This document shows positions 1 through 7,791 of a stretch of 64,000 bases of DNA, piece after piece. How positions within the stretch are numbered: the first letter of the stretch is position 1; each line of letters starts with the position of its first letter. The notes under the pieces were generated by a model. That model saw only the letters and a program-made list of their open reading frames with translations, did not search any database and was not told the origin of the DNA. The stretch covers positions 7,526 to 71,525 of the forward strand of contig CAMRSX010000007.1 in NCBI GenBank assembly GCA_947053595.1. Reading direction: 5' to 3'. Origin of the DNA: an uncultured Clostridia bacterium (GTDB taxonomy: Bacteria > Bacillota > Clostridia > Christensenellales > UBA1242). The translations under genes and the position numbers were made by a program.

Positions 1-12
1 TTTTTTTTGATA

Positions 13-41
13 TTGACAAGCACTTTAAGGCGTGCTAAACT
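13..41 (+). promoter_or_regulatory. sigma-70-type promoter (TTGACA-N17-TAAACT)
   Basis: TTGACA 13-18, 17-nt spacer ending TGC, TAAACT 36-41, then AAGGAG and ATG at 59. The same TTGAC(A/T)-N17-TGCTAAACT layout recurs at 5521-5549 and 57921-57949. Confidence 0.5.
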
Positions 42-58
42 TAAAAAAAAGGAGCAAC

Positions 59-187
59 ATGACAGAGCCAAGCTTGAAAGAAAAAATTTTGCAAATCAGA
101 GGCGTCATCAAAGGGCAAATGCTTTTTATTAAAGTGCACTTAAATCACGCAATGAAAAAGCATGCACAAGAAAAAATGTGCGCTTAA
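59..187 (+). CDS. small hypothetical protein, 42 aa (MTEPSLKEKILQIRGVIKGQMLFIKVHLNHAMKKHAQEKMCA)
   Basis: Below the ORF-track size cut-off; hand translated. AAGGAG lies upstream of the ATG, it has its own promoter, and a hairpin plus T-run follows at 241-270. No family recognised. Confidence 0.3.
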   Translation: MTEPSLKEKILQIRGVIKGQMLFIKVHLNHAMKKHAQEKMCA

Positions 188-240
188 AAATGCACACCAG
201 AAAGGTGGCGCAAAAATTTAAAAACTTGCAAAAATTTAAA

Positions 241-270
241 AAAACTGAGCAAAAATGCCCAGTTTTTTTT
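241..270. terminator. bidirectional intrinsic terminator
   Basis: A-run, CTGAGC...GCCCAG stem (one mismatch), then T8. It lies between the small ORF (+) and the prfA 3' end (-). Confidence 0.5.
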
Positions 271-286
271 ATTTTTCACACAAGTT

Positions 287-1372
287 TTATGAGTTTTGCA
301 GAAGCTCTGTTCTTTCCTTCAAAATCATGGCGTCAATAAATTCGTCCAAATTGCCATTTAAAACTGCAGGCAAATCATAAGATGAAAGATTGGTGCGGTG
401 GTCAGTCACACGGCCTTGAGGATAGTTGTATGTGCGGATGCGCTCGTTGCGATTTCCTCTTCCCACTTGGCTTTTTCTGTTGGCGTCATATTCGCTCATC
501 TTCTGCTCTTGATAATAATCATACAGCTTTGCCTTCAAAATGTTGAAAGCCTTTTCTTTGTTTTTAAGCTGCGAGCGCTCGTCCTGACAAGTCACCACAA
601 TGTTAAGTGGCAAATAGGTTATGCGAATTGCCGTTTCCACCTTGTTGACATTTTGTCCGCCTGCGCCGCCAGAGTGATATGTATCAATCCGAAGGTCTTT
701 ATCCAAAATTTCAAAATCCACCTCTTCAACTTCTGGCATGCAAGCAACTGTGGCGGTGGAAGTGTGAATGCGCCCTTGACTTTCCGTTTCTGGCACACGC
801 TGCACACGATGCACCCCGCTTTCATATTTCAAACGCGAATAAGCTCCCACGCCTCTAATCATGATTGTGGCTTCTTTCACGCCGCCAATTTCCGTTTCGG
901 ACATGTCAATATATTCCACCTTCCAGCGGCGCTTTTCTGCATAGTGCGAATACATCCTGCAAAGCTCAAGTGCAAACAAGGCGCTCTCCTCTCCGCCGGC
1001 AGCCGAGCGAATTTCCAAAATGGCATTGCTGTCATCGTTTTCGTCCTTTGGCAAAAGCAGAATTTTCATCTCTTCCGTCTTTTCTGCCACCTTCTCTTGC
1101 AAAGACAAAATCTCTGCCTCAAAAAGTGCCTTCATTTCGGCATCTGTTTCCACTTGCAAATCTTTTTCACAACTTTCAAGGCTTTTCACAAGCTGCTCAA
1201 GCTGCTGGTGCGCCGTTGCCAAATCTTCCAATTGATTGCGCTCTTTCACCAGTTTTTTCCACTCGCGATTGTCCGCAATAATTTCTGGGCGCATGATAAG
1301 CTGGGTCAGCTCGTCAAACCTGACCTTAGATTTCTCCGTCTTCAAAAGAAGTTCTTTACTTAAATTTTCCAC
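287..1372 (-). CDS. prfA: peptide chain release factor 1
   Basis: GGQ motif (HSGGAGGQNVNKVETAIRITY) and RF1-type PxT region (RVQRVPETESQGRIHTSTATV). The track start at 1387 is TTG; GTG at 1372 is preceded by AAAGGA and aligns better with RF1 N-termini. Confidence 0.9.
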   Translation of the reverse strand: MENLSKELLLKTEKSKVRFDELTQLIMRPEIIADNREWKKLVKERNQLEDLATAHQQLEQLVKSLESCEKDLQVETDAEMKALFEAEILSLQEKVAEKTEEMKILLLPKDENDDSNAILEIRSAAGGEESALFALELCRMYSHYAEKRRWKVEYIDMSETEIGGVKEATIMIRGVGAYSRLKYESGVHRVQRVPETESQGRIHTSTATVACMPEVEEVDFEILDKDLRIDTYHSGGAGGQNVNKVETAIRITYLPLNIVVTCQDERSQLKNKEKAFNILKAKLYDYYQEQKMSEYDANRKSQVGRGNRNERIRTYNYPQGRVTDHRTNLSSYDLPAVLNGNLDEFIDAMILKERTELLQNS

Positions 1373-3053
1373 AAATAATCCTTTCAATTTTATTATAGTC
1401 TTTAATGGTTTTTATGTCGTCAAAGCCGCAATCTCTCAACATTTTGCGCACGTCTTTGCCCTGACCTTTGCCAATTTCCAGCATCAGCAACCCGCCATTT
1501 GTCAAGCGTTTGGTGCTGGCAGGAATGATGGCACGATAAAAATCCAACCCGTCCTGTCCGCCGTCAAGTGCCAAAACAGGGTCGCACTCCCGCACATTTT
1601 TGTCCAACTTTTTGATGTCAACACTTGCAATGTACGGAGGATTTGACACTATTATATCAAACTTTCGCTTTCTTTTCAAGCCAGAAAACAAGTTTGAATG
1701 CAAAAATTCCACTTTAACATCGTTTTTCTTGGCATTTGCCTCTGCCGTTTGAAGCGCCGCCTTGCTTATGTCCACCGCCGTCACTTCTGCCTCGCAATTT
1801 TTTGCAACTGCCACCGCAATGGCGCCAGAGCCAGTGCCCAAATCCAAAATTTTGGTTTTTTTGAAGTTTTTTGCCGCCTTAAGCACTTGCTCCACCAAAA
1901 TTTCTGTTTCCATGCGCGGGGTCAACACCTTTTTGTTGACATCAAACCGCAGCCCAAAAAAATCGGTGAAGCCAAAGATGTTGTCAAGGCTTTCTCCCTT
2001 TGCTCGGCGCGAAGTGGCTTTCAAGATGTCTTGATATTGCTTGTCCGTGACGGACGAAACCAACTTGATTTCCGCTCTGTTTTTGTTTAAGATGGTGGCA
2101 ATAAGCCAATCTGTTTCACTTTTATCGTTCACGCCCGCAGTGGAAAGTTTGTTTTTCACCTCGTTGTAAACCACCGAAAAGGCATGGTTGTCCCCTTCCA
2201 TAAATTCTCTTCCTTTTTGCGAATTAAGCAAGTTCATCTCCGTCAATGCAACCAGCGCAGTTTCTGTGTGCGTGGTTGTGGGCTTGGCATAAACCAAACA
2301 TGCGGTGATGTATGCCAAGTTTTTGAACGGTCTGCACATTTCAAGCAAATACAAAAGCTCAAACGCAACGCTCATGCAAAGCACAAAAATTGCAAAATGA
2401 AACAGCAGATTAAACCAAAAGCCAAAACTTGCTCCAATCAAGTGTATCACAACAAAATCCAAAATGAAAACAAAAATCAAAAAATTCAAAAAATTGAGAG
2501 GGCGTGCTGGGCAATGCCCCTTTTTGTTTTTTTCAGCACTTTGCAAAGCCACATCACTGGCGCGATTGAACCTAAATAGCTCGTTCACAATCGGGAACAT
2601 GCGCAAAAAAAGCAGGAAAACCACAAAGACAACCAGTTTAATCAGCACAATAACAGAGTTTCTCAGCCACCTGCTGCCCCTGAAGCCCACAATCAAGCAT
2701 CCCAACTGCCCCGGCAAATAGCCCAGCCCAACCGCCGCAAAAAGCACCCCGGCAAAAAAGGTTATCCCCAAAAGAATAAGCTTTTTGACATAATATTTCT
2801 TCAAATCGGATTGTTTGACGGCTTGCTTTTCGCAGGTGTCAAAGCTCAGCACAAACGCCGAAAACAGCCCAAACAGCCCGCACAAAAAATATTGCATTCC
2901 CCGCACAAAAGGAAAGTTCCAAAACACCACCTTGTTTTTTTCGGGGAAACTTTTCAGCCGCTTTTGCCCGTCACAATCCACCGCCGAAAGCACTTTTTTG
3001 CCGCCAGAATGCACCACAATGCCATTTGTTGTTGGAAAAACAATCTTATCCAT
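1356..3053 (-). CDS. prmC: fusion protein: N-terminal DUF1385-like multi-pass membrane domain + release-factor glutamine methyltransferase PrmC/HemK
   Basis: The C-terminal ~280 aa carry the SAM motif (LDLGTGSGAIAV) and NPPY (IIVSNPPYI). The N-terminal ~285 aa are hydrophobic with DUF1385-like landmarks (NFPFVRG; HCPARPLNFL vs HPRCGTxFL; KPTTTHTETALVAL). It overlaps the prfA start. Confidence 0.8.
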   Translation of the reverse strand: MDKIVFPTTNGIVVHSGGKKVLSAVDCDGQKRLKSFPEKNKVVFWNFPFVRGMQYFLCGLFGLFSAFVLSFDTCEKQAVKQSDLKKYYVKKLILLGITFFAGVLFAAVGLGYLPGQLGCLIVGFRGSRWLRNSVIVLIKLVVFVVFLLFLRMFPIVNELFRFNRASDVALQSAEKNKKGHCPARPLNFLNFLIFVFILDFVVIHLIGASFGFWFNLLFHFAIFVLCMSVAFELLYLLEMCRPFKNLAYITACLVYAKPTTTHTETALVALTEMNLLNSQKGREFMEGDNHAFSVVYNEVKNKLSTAGVNDKSETDWLIATILNKNRAEIKLVSSVTDKQYQDILKATSRRAKGESLDNIFGFTDFFGLRFDVNKKVLTPRMETEILVEQVLKAAKNFKKTKILDLGTGSGAIAVAVAKNCEAEVTAVDISKAALQTAEANAKKNDVKVEFLHSNLFSGLKRKRKFDIIVSNPPYIASVDIKKLDKNVRECDPVLALDGGQDGLDFYRAIIPASTKRLTNGGLLMLEIGKGQGKDVRKMLRDCGFDDIKTIKDYNKIERIICGKFK

Positions 3054-3146
3054 GCACAGATTTTTGCCAATTAACTGACTTTATAAACAACTTATTGACA
3101 AATCATGGCGATTTGTGATATATTAAAATAAACATCAGGAGGCAAA

Positions 3147-3899
3147 ATGCAACCACAATTCAAACAAGAATTTTTAAACAGCATCATCACCAAAAATGGC
3201 AGAAACATCATTGCAGAAGGAATTTTCAGAGGTTTTGGCATCAGCGTGGACGGCGATGTTTGCAGAATCACAAAATATGATGAAGACGGCTCTTCTCTGT
3301 TTTTTGTTGAAACCACAGAGAAAAACTTGGATGAAAGAGTTTTGACAGACATTTTCATCAATCACATCTCAAAAGCAACCGCAAATTTCATCATAAACGC
3401 TGTTTTCACAAAAAAAGCTTTAAAGAAAACCAGCCTTTTGAATGAGACAAACTTTAATCTTCATTTAAAATTTAACCAATTACCAGCTTGCCTCACAAAC
3501 ATGCCACAACTGTTTTACCAGCAAAAAGTTGTGACAAACAACAAGGTGTATGACGTTCATCCATTTTTTTCAAAGTCCACAAACAAACAGCAAAAACAAA
3601 CTTCTCAAAAAACAGAAAGCAAAAGCCCATTGGCAGCCACATTGCAACTTGAAAAGCAACTTGAAATCAGCGGCATAGACATAAAAGACCTCTTGCTTGA
3701 CTGCATTTTCTTTGACACAATCAGCATGTCACAAGATTTGATTTCAAAATTTGATGTCAGCAACGAGGAAAGAAAAAACTTCGACAGCTTTGTGAGAAAC
3801 ACCTATGTTGAGGCTGCAGTCATGATTTCAGAAAATTTGTTTGACCATCCACAAGCGCTCAATCAAATTTTTAAAAATGCCAACTCAAAAAAACTTTAA
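3147..3899 (+). CDS. hypothetical protein (250 aa)
   Basis: AGGAGG RBS. Upstream promoter TTGACA-N17-(TG)ATATAT at about 3093-3125. Terminator at 3924-3957. No motif recognised. Confidence 0.5.
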   Translation: MQPQFKQEFLNSIITKNGRNIIAEGIFRGFGISVDGDVCRITKYDEDGSSLFFVETTEKNLDERVLTDIFINHISKATANFIINAVFTKKALKKTSLLNETNFNLHLKFNQLPACLTNMPQLFYQQKVVTNNKVYDVHPFFSKSTNKQQKQTSQKTESKSPLAATLQLEKQLEISGIDIKDLLLDCIFFDTISMSQDLISKFDVSNEERKNFDSFVRNTYVEAAVMISENLFDHPQALNQIFKNANSKKL

Positions 3900-3923
3900 G
3901 CCTCAAAAACCATAAACTTGGCA

Positions 3924-3957
3924 ACAAAAAAAATCAGCACCACTTGCTGATTTTTTT
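3924..3957. terminator. bidirectional intrinsic terminator
   Basis: A-run, ATCAGC / GCTGAT stem, T-run. It lies between convergent genes 3147-3899 (+) and rpmE (-). Confidence 0.6.
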
Positions 3958-3971
3958 GATTTTGAAATTTA

Positions 3972-4178
3972 TTATTTCAAATTATATTTTTTCTTGAAGT
4001 TTTCAACTGTTCCGCTGGAGTCAACAACTTTCTTCTTGCCAGTGTAAAATGGATGGCACTTGTTGCAAATGTCAATTTTGATGGTGTCCCCTTTAACACA
4101 AGAGCCCGATTTGAAAGTGTTTCCACAAGCACAAACCACAGTAACTTCATGATAGTTTGGATGAATTTCTTCTCTCAT
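3972..4178 (-). CDS. rpmE: 50S ribosomal protein L31
   Basis: [28 protein letters not shown] is a typical L31 with a Cys cluster. Confidence 0.9.
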   Translation of the reverse strand: MREEIHPNYHEVTVVCACGNTFKSGSCVKGDTIKIDICNKCHPFYTGKKKVVDSSGTVENFKKKYNLK

Positions 4179-4200
4179 TTTTCAAATCTCCTTTTAAAAA

Positions 4201-4461
4201 TTAGTCTCCAACATAAGGGAGCAATGCAATGTTTCTTGCTCTTTTGATTGCATTTGAAAGCTCTCTTTGATGATAAGAGCAAACGCCAGTTTGGCGTCTT
4301 GGCAAAATCTTACCCTTTTCTGTGATGTATTTTCTGATTTTTGCCACATCTTTATAATCAATTGTCTTTTCGCCAGCAACGCAGAAAGCACAAACTTTCT
4401 TTTTGGCTGGTTTACGATATTTCTTAACAACCTTTTCTTCGGTTTTAACAACTTCGCTCAT
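4201..4461 (-). CDS. rpsR: 30S ribosomal protein S18
   Basis: KKKVCAFC...[46 protein letters not shown]. Last gene of the rpsF-ssb-rpsR order. Confidence 0.9.
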   Translation of the reverse strand: MSEVVKTEEKVVKKYRKPAKKKVCAFCVAGEKTIDYKDVAKIRKYITEKGKILPRRQTGVCSYHQRELSNAIKRARNIALLPYVGD

Positions 4462-4607
4462 AATCTTTCTCCTTTTAGGGCAAATTTTTTGCCCAAATTT
4501 TTAAATACACATTTTCAATCTGAAAAATTAACTGACAAACAAATGCAAAGACACTTTTTGCTTAAGCAAAACACAAAACGCCAAGTTTGCTTAAAAAGTC
4601 AATTTTC

Positions 4608-5030
4608 TTAGAATGGAAGTGAATCGTCGTCAATTTCTTCCAGTTCTGCAGTTTGCTTTGGCTTTGGCTGAGCTGGTGCAGCAGAATAAGAATTTCCGCC
4701 TTCGTCAGAGCCACTTCTTGGGCCAATAAACTCAATTTCTTCAGCAATGATGTCTGTGGAATTGCGCTTAGAGCCGTCTGCAGCGTCATATGTGGAAATT
4801 TGAATTCTTCCAACCACGCCACATTTTGAGCCTTTTTTCAAATATTTATGGCAGTTTTCGCCAGGGATTCCCCAAACAGTGATGTTAAAGAAATCCGCAT
4901 CTCTTTCACCGTCTTGGTTGGCAAATCTTCTTTGCACAGCAAGACCAAATCTGCAAACAGATTTTCCGCTGTTTGTTGTTTGAAGTTCTGGGTCCCTTGT
5001 CAGGTTCCCAATCAACATAACTTTATTCAT
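4608..5030 (-). CDS. ssb: single-stranded DNA-binding protein
   Basis: MNKVMLIGNLTRDPEL OB-fold start and an acidic C-terminal tail DDDSLPF. ATG at 5030 has an AAGGAGA RBS; the longer track ORF to 5132 overlaps rpsF. Confidence 0.9.
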   Translation of the reverse strand: MNKVMLIGNLTRDPELQTTNSGKSVCRFGLAVQRRFANQDGERDADFFNITVWGIPGENCHKYLKKGSKCGVVGRIQISTYDAADGSKRNSTDIIAEEIEFIGPRSGSDEGGNSYSAAPAQPKPKQTAELEEIDDDSLPF

Positions 5031-5097
5031 AATTTCTCCTTTAAGGCTTATGACCTCTTTGTTTGATTTGATTTGCACCCAAAACTGCAAATCACGC

Positions 5098-5379
5098 TTA
5101 CTTTCTAACAAACATCTGACGCTCAATGCCATCAGTGATGTTCATAAGCTTTGTCATTGCGTCAACTTCTGCAGGGTTGAATTGAATGTTCATCAAAACA
5201 TAAAAACCTTCGTTTTTGAAGTTGATTGGATATGCCAGTTTTTTCATGCCAAGCTTTTCAACGCCTTCAACAACACCATTGTGTGCTTCGATGTAGGCTT
5301 TTTGCTTTGCGATGAGTTCTTCTCTTTTTTCTTCAGAAACATCGCTGGCAACGATAAACATAAGCTCATATTTGTTCAT
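5098..5379 (-). CDS. rpsF: 30S ribosomal protein S6
   Basis: MNKYELMFIV...EGVEKLGMKKLAYPI is S6-like, and the gene is syntenic with ssb and rpsR. Confidence 0.9.
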   Translation of the reverse strand: MNKYELMFIVASDVSEEKREELIAKQKAYIEAHNGVVEGVEKLGMKKLAYPINFKNEGFYVLMNIQFNPAEVDAMTKLMNITDGIERQMFVRK

Positions 5380-5469
5380 CTTACATTACCTCCTTTTGGA
5401 CTTATGGCTCTTGTTAAATCAAGAGCAAGGACAGTATTATTAAAAATTAAAAATATTACTGCTGTTTGA

Positions 5470-5498
5470 ATATTATCATAATCTTTCCCCATTGTCAA
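5470..5498 (-). promoter_or_regulatory. rpsF operon promoter
   Basis: On the minus strand: TTGACA, 17 nt, TAATAT. This leaves a ~90-nt leader to the rpsF ATG. Confidence 0.55.
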
Positions 5499-5520
5499 GC
5501 AAAATTATCAAAAACACCTA

Positions 5521-5549
5521 TTGACAACTCAAAACTTCTGTGCTAAACT
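5521..5549 (+). promoter_or_regulatory. sigma-70-type promoter
   Basis: TTGACA-N17(ending TGC)-TAAACT, divergent from the rpsF promoter. Confidence 0.5.
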
Positions 5550-5578
5550 ATGCATAGTTTAAAAATAAGGAGAAAAAC

Positions 5579-5833
5579 ATGATTAAACCAAAAAACACAA
5601 AAATTCCAGAAATTGACAATGGCAACGCTCATGCAAGCTTTATGTTGGAGGATTATCAACTTTCAAACACTTTCAACACATCTGAAAACTTGGCAGCAAA
5701 ACTGGAAGAATGCAAAAAGTCAGTTTCCGAAAAAGCAACCAGCGCTAAGCGCCCAGAAAGAGAGATTGGCTGCAACGGCATCAATTCAGAAGCCAAAATG
5801 CATTCTCACCAAAAGCATTACGCATTGAAATAA
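5579..5833 (+). CDS. hypothetical protein (84 aa)
   Basis: AAGGAGA RBS, own promoter and terminator. No motif recognised. Confidence 0.4.
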   Translation: MIKPKNTKIPEIDNGNAHASFMLEDYQLSNTFNTSENLAAKLEECKKSVSEKATSAKRPEREIGCNGINSEAKMHSHQKHYALK

Positions 5834-5848
5834 AATTTCATTTTCATA

Positions 5849-5882
5849 AAAAAAGTCCACTTCTTAAAGTGGATTTTTTTTG
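5849..5882. terminator. bidirectional intrinsic terminator
   Basis: A-run, TCCACTT / AAGTGGA stem, T-run, between convergent genes. Confidence 0.6.
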
Positions 5883-5911
5883 TCAGTTTTCATTTGGCAT
5901 TTTTTGAATTG

Positions 5912-6484
5912 TTATTTTTCAGTTGTATTTTCCTTGCCCACAACTTCTTCTTCATCCAACTTGGCTTTGCCTGCCAAGCCTTTGGAAGATTTCACGCAAA
6001 GAGAGTTGTGAAAAAGCATTGAATATCTTTCATCTTCATCAAATCTTGCAGAAACCTCTTCTTTGCTTACAAACATTTCAACCGTGCCAAAAAACCTAAA
6101 GATGCAATCGTCCGAGGTTTCAATGCAACAACAGCGTGCCGCTTGCGCCAAAAGCCCAAAGGCGCCGTCATGGTCTGAAAACAAACAGCACTCTTTTTCC
6201 GTCTTAAGCCTGTCCATAATAAGACTGCTCAACACAATCCCAAAGCGTTCTTTTGTTTCTGCGTCAATCTTTCTTGCTTCAATTTTTTCTTCAATAGCAG
6301 CTTTAAGACATTGAAGTTTTAAATTATTAATCCTCCAATTGTCATCTCTTTCTTCCAGAGGCTTGGAAAACTCTCGCACAATATAACCTGGCAAACATAA
6401 GCCCTCCGCCGTGCCATCCAACTTGTCAGCCCACCACTTTACGGCAAACTCAACCGATTTGTAAACTTCATTTTTCCCTTGCAT
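5912..6484 (-). CDS. hypothetical protein (190 aa)
   Basis: AAGGAG RBS and the promoter at 6505-6533. No motif recognised. Confidence 0.45.
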   Translation of the reverse strand: MQGKNEVYKSVEFAVKWWADKLDGTAEGLCLPGYIVREFSKPLEERDDNWRINNLKLQCLKAAIEEKIEARKIDAETKERFGIVLSSLIMDRLKTEKECCLFSDHDGAFGLLAQAARCCCIETSDDCIFRFFGTVEMFVSKEEVSARFDEDERYSMLFHNSLCVKSSKGLAGKAKLDEEEVVGKENTTEK

Positions 6485-6504
6485 AATATGCTCCTTCTGA
6501 AGCG

Positions 6505-6533
6505 ATTATATCACTCCCCTACCCGTTTGTCAA
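6505..6533 (-). promoter_or_regulatory. sigma-70-type promoter
   Basis: Minus strand: TTGACA (6533-6528), 17 nt, TGa-TATAAT (6510-6505). Confidence 0.6.
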
Positions 6534-6558
6534 TACTGGAGTGGAAACCCGTCACAAC

Positions 6559-6647
6559 CTGCGCTTAAAACTCGGCTTGCCAAAAGGCAAGCGCTTGTGG
6601 AAACGCTTGGTTGTTCCTCTTTCCCAAAAATGAAAAGCATTTTCGGG
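6559..6647 (+). repeat. left arm of a ~90-bp inverted repeat flanking the XRE cassette
   Basis: CTGCGCTTAAAACTCGGCTTGCC..GGCAAGCGCTTGTGGAAACGCT...TTTCCCAAAAATGA.AAGCATTTT matches the reverse complement of 7648-7735 at roughly 85 percent by eye. It contains its own GCTTGCC/GGCAAGC hairpin. Confidence 0.7.
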
Positions 6648-6724
6648 AGGCTAAAGGACAACTTAAAGAACTATGCCTTCATATTGTTAAATTTATATAT
6701 TTTGCGGAGACAACAAAAAACCTC

Positions 6725-6940
6725 TCAATCCTCCAAACCAAGCAAATAGTCAGTTCTGACTTTAAAAAATAAAGCTAACTCCATCAAGACTTCGGGAGAC
6801 GGAACAATTTCACCCGTCTCATATTTTGCTATGGTCGACTTTTCTAAATAGAGCTTTTGAGCTAACCCCTTTTGTGTAAGCCCCTGTTCTTCTCTTAATT
6901 CTTTAATCTTTTTTCCTAAATTTTTAAGTTTTTCATTCAT
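6725..6940 (-). CDS. XRE-family helix-turn-helix transcriptional regulator (71 aa)
   Basis: LRE.QGLTQKGLAQKL.L.KSTIAKYETGE..PS is a classic Cro/C1 HTH. It is a paralog of 7266-7475. Confidence 0.8.
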   Translation of the reverse strand: MNEKLKNLGKKIKELREEQGLTQKGLAQKLYLEKSTIAKYETGEIVPSPEVLMELALFFKVRTDYLLGLED

Positions 6941-6984
6941 TTCACTTTACATTCTGACAGAAAATCAGTAAAATTGCTTATATT

Positions 6985-6999
6985 CTGATTATTAATCAG
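6985..6999. promoter_or_regulatory. palindromic operator candidate CTGAT-N5-ATCAG
   Basis: CTGATTATTAATCAG is a perfect palindrome in the divergent promoter region between XRE 6725-6940 and ORF 7017. Related half-sites CTGA..TCAG lie at 6954-6968. Confidence 0.45.
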
Positions 7000-7016
7000 C
7001 AAGGAAATATAATAAG

Positions 7017-7262
7017 ATGTTCAATGAAAACCTGAAACAAATAAAAGAAGAGCTAAAAAAGCAAATTGATTTCTCTAGAATAGATTTAGAGGATGCTTTT
7101 CAAGTCCATTTTGGAGTATGTGGCTATATTAGAAACAAATATCTGTGGTGCAACAGAGAATTTGGCAAAAAATTAATGGCTTACTATAAAGTAAAAGACA
7201 TTGACACTGTTTCGCATAAAATTTTGGGAGAAGTGTTGGAGGAAATTAAAAAAGGAAGATAA
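7017..7262 (+). CDS. hypothetical small protein (81 aa)
   Basis: The ATG lies 3 nt after TATAAT (7008-7013) with no SD. It sits between the two XRE genes. No motif recognised. Confidence 0.45.
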   Translation: MFNENLKQIKEELKKQIDFSRIDLEDAFQVHFGVCGYIRNKYLWCNREFGKKLMAYYKVKDIDTVSHKILGEVLEEIKKGR

Positions 7263-7265
7263 TCC

Positions 7266-7475
7266 TTAATCTTCCCACCCCAACATATAACCTGCCGAAA
7301 CATTAAAGTAATCAACAAACAATTTTAGCATTATAACACTAGGAACAATTTTTTCTGTCTCATATTTTGCAATTGTTGATTTGTCAATGTTTAATTCTTT
7401 TGCCAATTCAATTTGAGTTAACCCTTTTTCAACTCTTAAATCTTTCAATCTTTTTCCAAAAGTTTCTTTTTCCAT
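7266..7475 (-). CDS. XRE-family helix-turn-helix transcriptional regulator (69 aa)
   Basis: MEKETFGKRLKDLRVEKGLTQIELAKELNIDKSTIAKYETEKIVPS. First ATG at 7475; the track start at 7499 is upstream. Confidence 0.75.
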   Translation of the reverse strand: MEKETFGKRLKDLRVEKGLTQIELAKELNIDKSTIAKYETEKIVPSVIMLKLFVDYFNVSAGYMLGWED

Positions 7476-7514
7476 AAATTTATATTGACAAAAATTCAAA
7501 CAAAATACTTTTAT

Positions 7515-7531
7515 ACTGATTTTAAATCAGT
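7515..7531. promoter_or_regulatory. palindromic operator candidate CTGAT-N5-ATCAG
   Basis: ACTGATTTTAAATCAGT is a perfect 17-nt palindrome upstream of XRE 7266-7475, with the same half-sites as 6985-6999. Confidence 0.45.
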
Positions 7532-7550
7532 TAAATATAAAAACTTAAAA

Positions 7551-7580
7551 ACAGTGCGTAACGCACTGTTCTTATTTTTT
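7551..7580. terminator. intrinsic terminator hairpin
   Basis: ACAGTGCG-TAA-CGCACTGT perfect stem followed by TCTTATTTTTT, with an A/T-rich run on the other side. Confidence 0.55.
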
Positions 7581-7647
7581 ATTCAACACTTTTGAAAAAC
7601 CTTTTAAATGGTTTTTCAAAAGTTGTTACATAAGTGTTTTAGGGTTT

Positions 7648-7735
7648 CCAAAAATGCTTGTCATTTTTGGGAAAAGCAGCAACCCAGCGTTTCCACAAGC
7701 GCTTGCCAGAATGGCAAGCCGAGTTTTAAGCGCAG
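7648..7735 (-). repeat. right arm of the ~90-bp inverted repeat flanking the XRE cassette
   Basis: Reverse complement aligns with 6559-6647. It contains the CAAAAATG/CATTTTTG hairpin core that also occurs at 58190-58225 and 58731-58767. Confidence 0.7.
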
Positions 7736-7791
7736 CGTGCGACGAGGTGTCTGTCCCAAGAGGTCAAAAACAAGCACAAAGCGCAGTTTTT

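Noticed and set aside
398-1363. 321-aa ORF on the plus strand
   Set aside because: It is antisense to prfA, which has the GGQ and PxT motifs. The translation is low-complexity and hydrophobic, typical of a shadow ORF.
5408-5425. Hairpin CTCTTG-TTAAAT-CAAGAG in the rpsF leader as the S6:S18-binding leader motif
   Set aside because: It is plausible from its position, but I cannot verify the conserved motif without a covariance-model scan.
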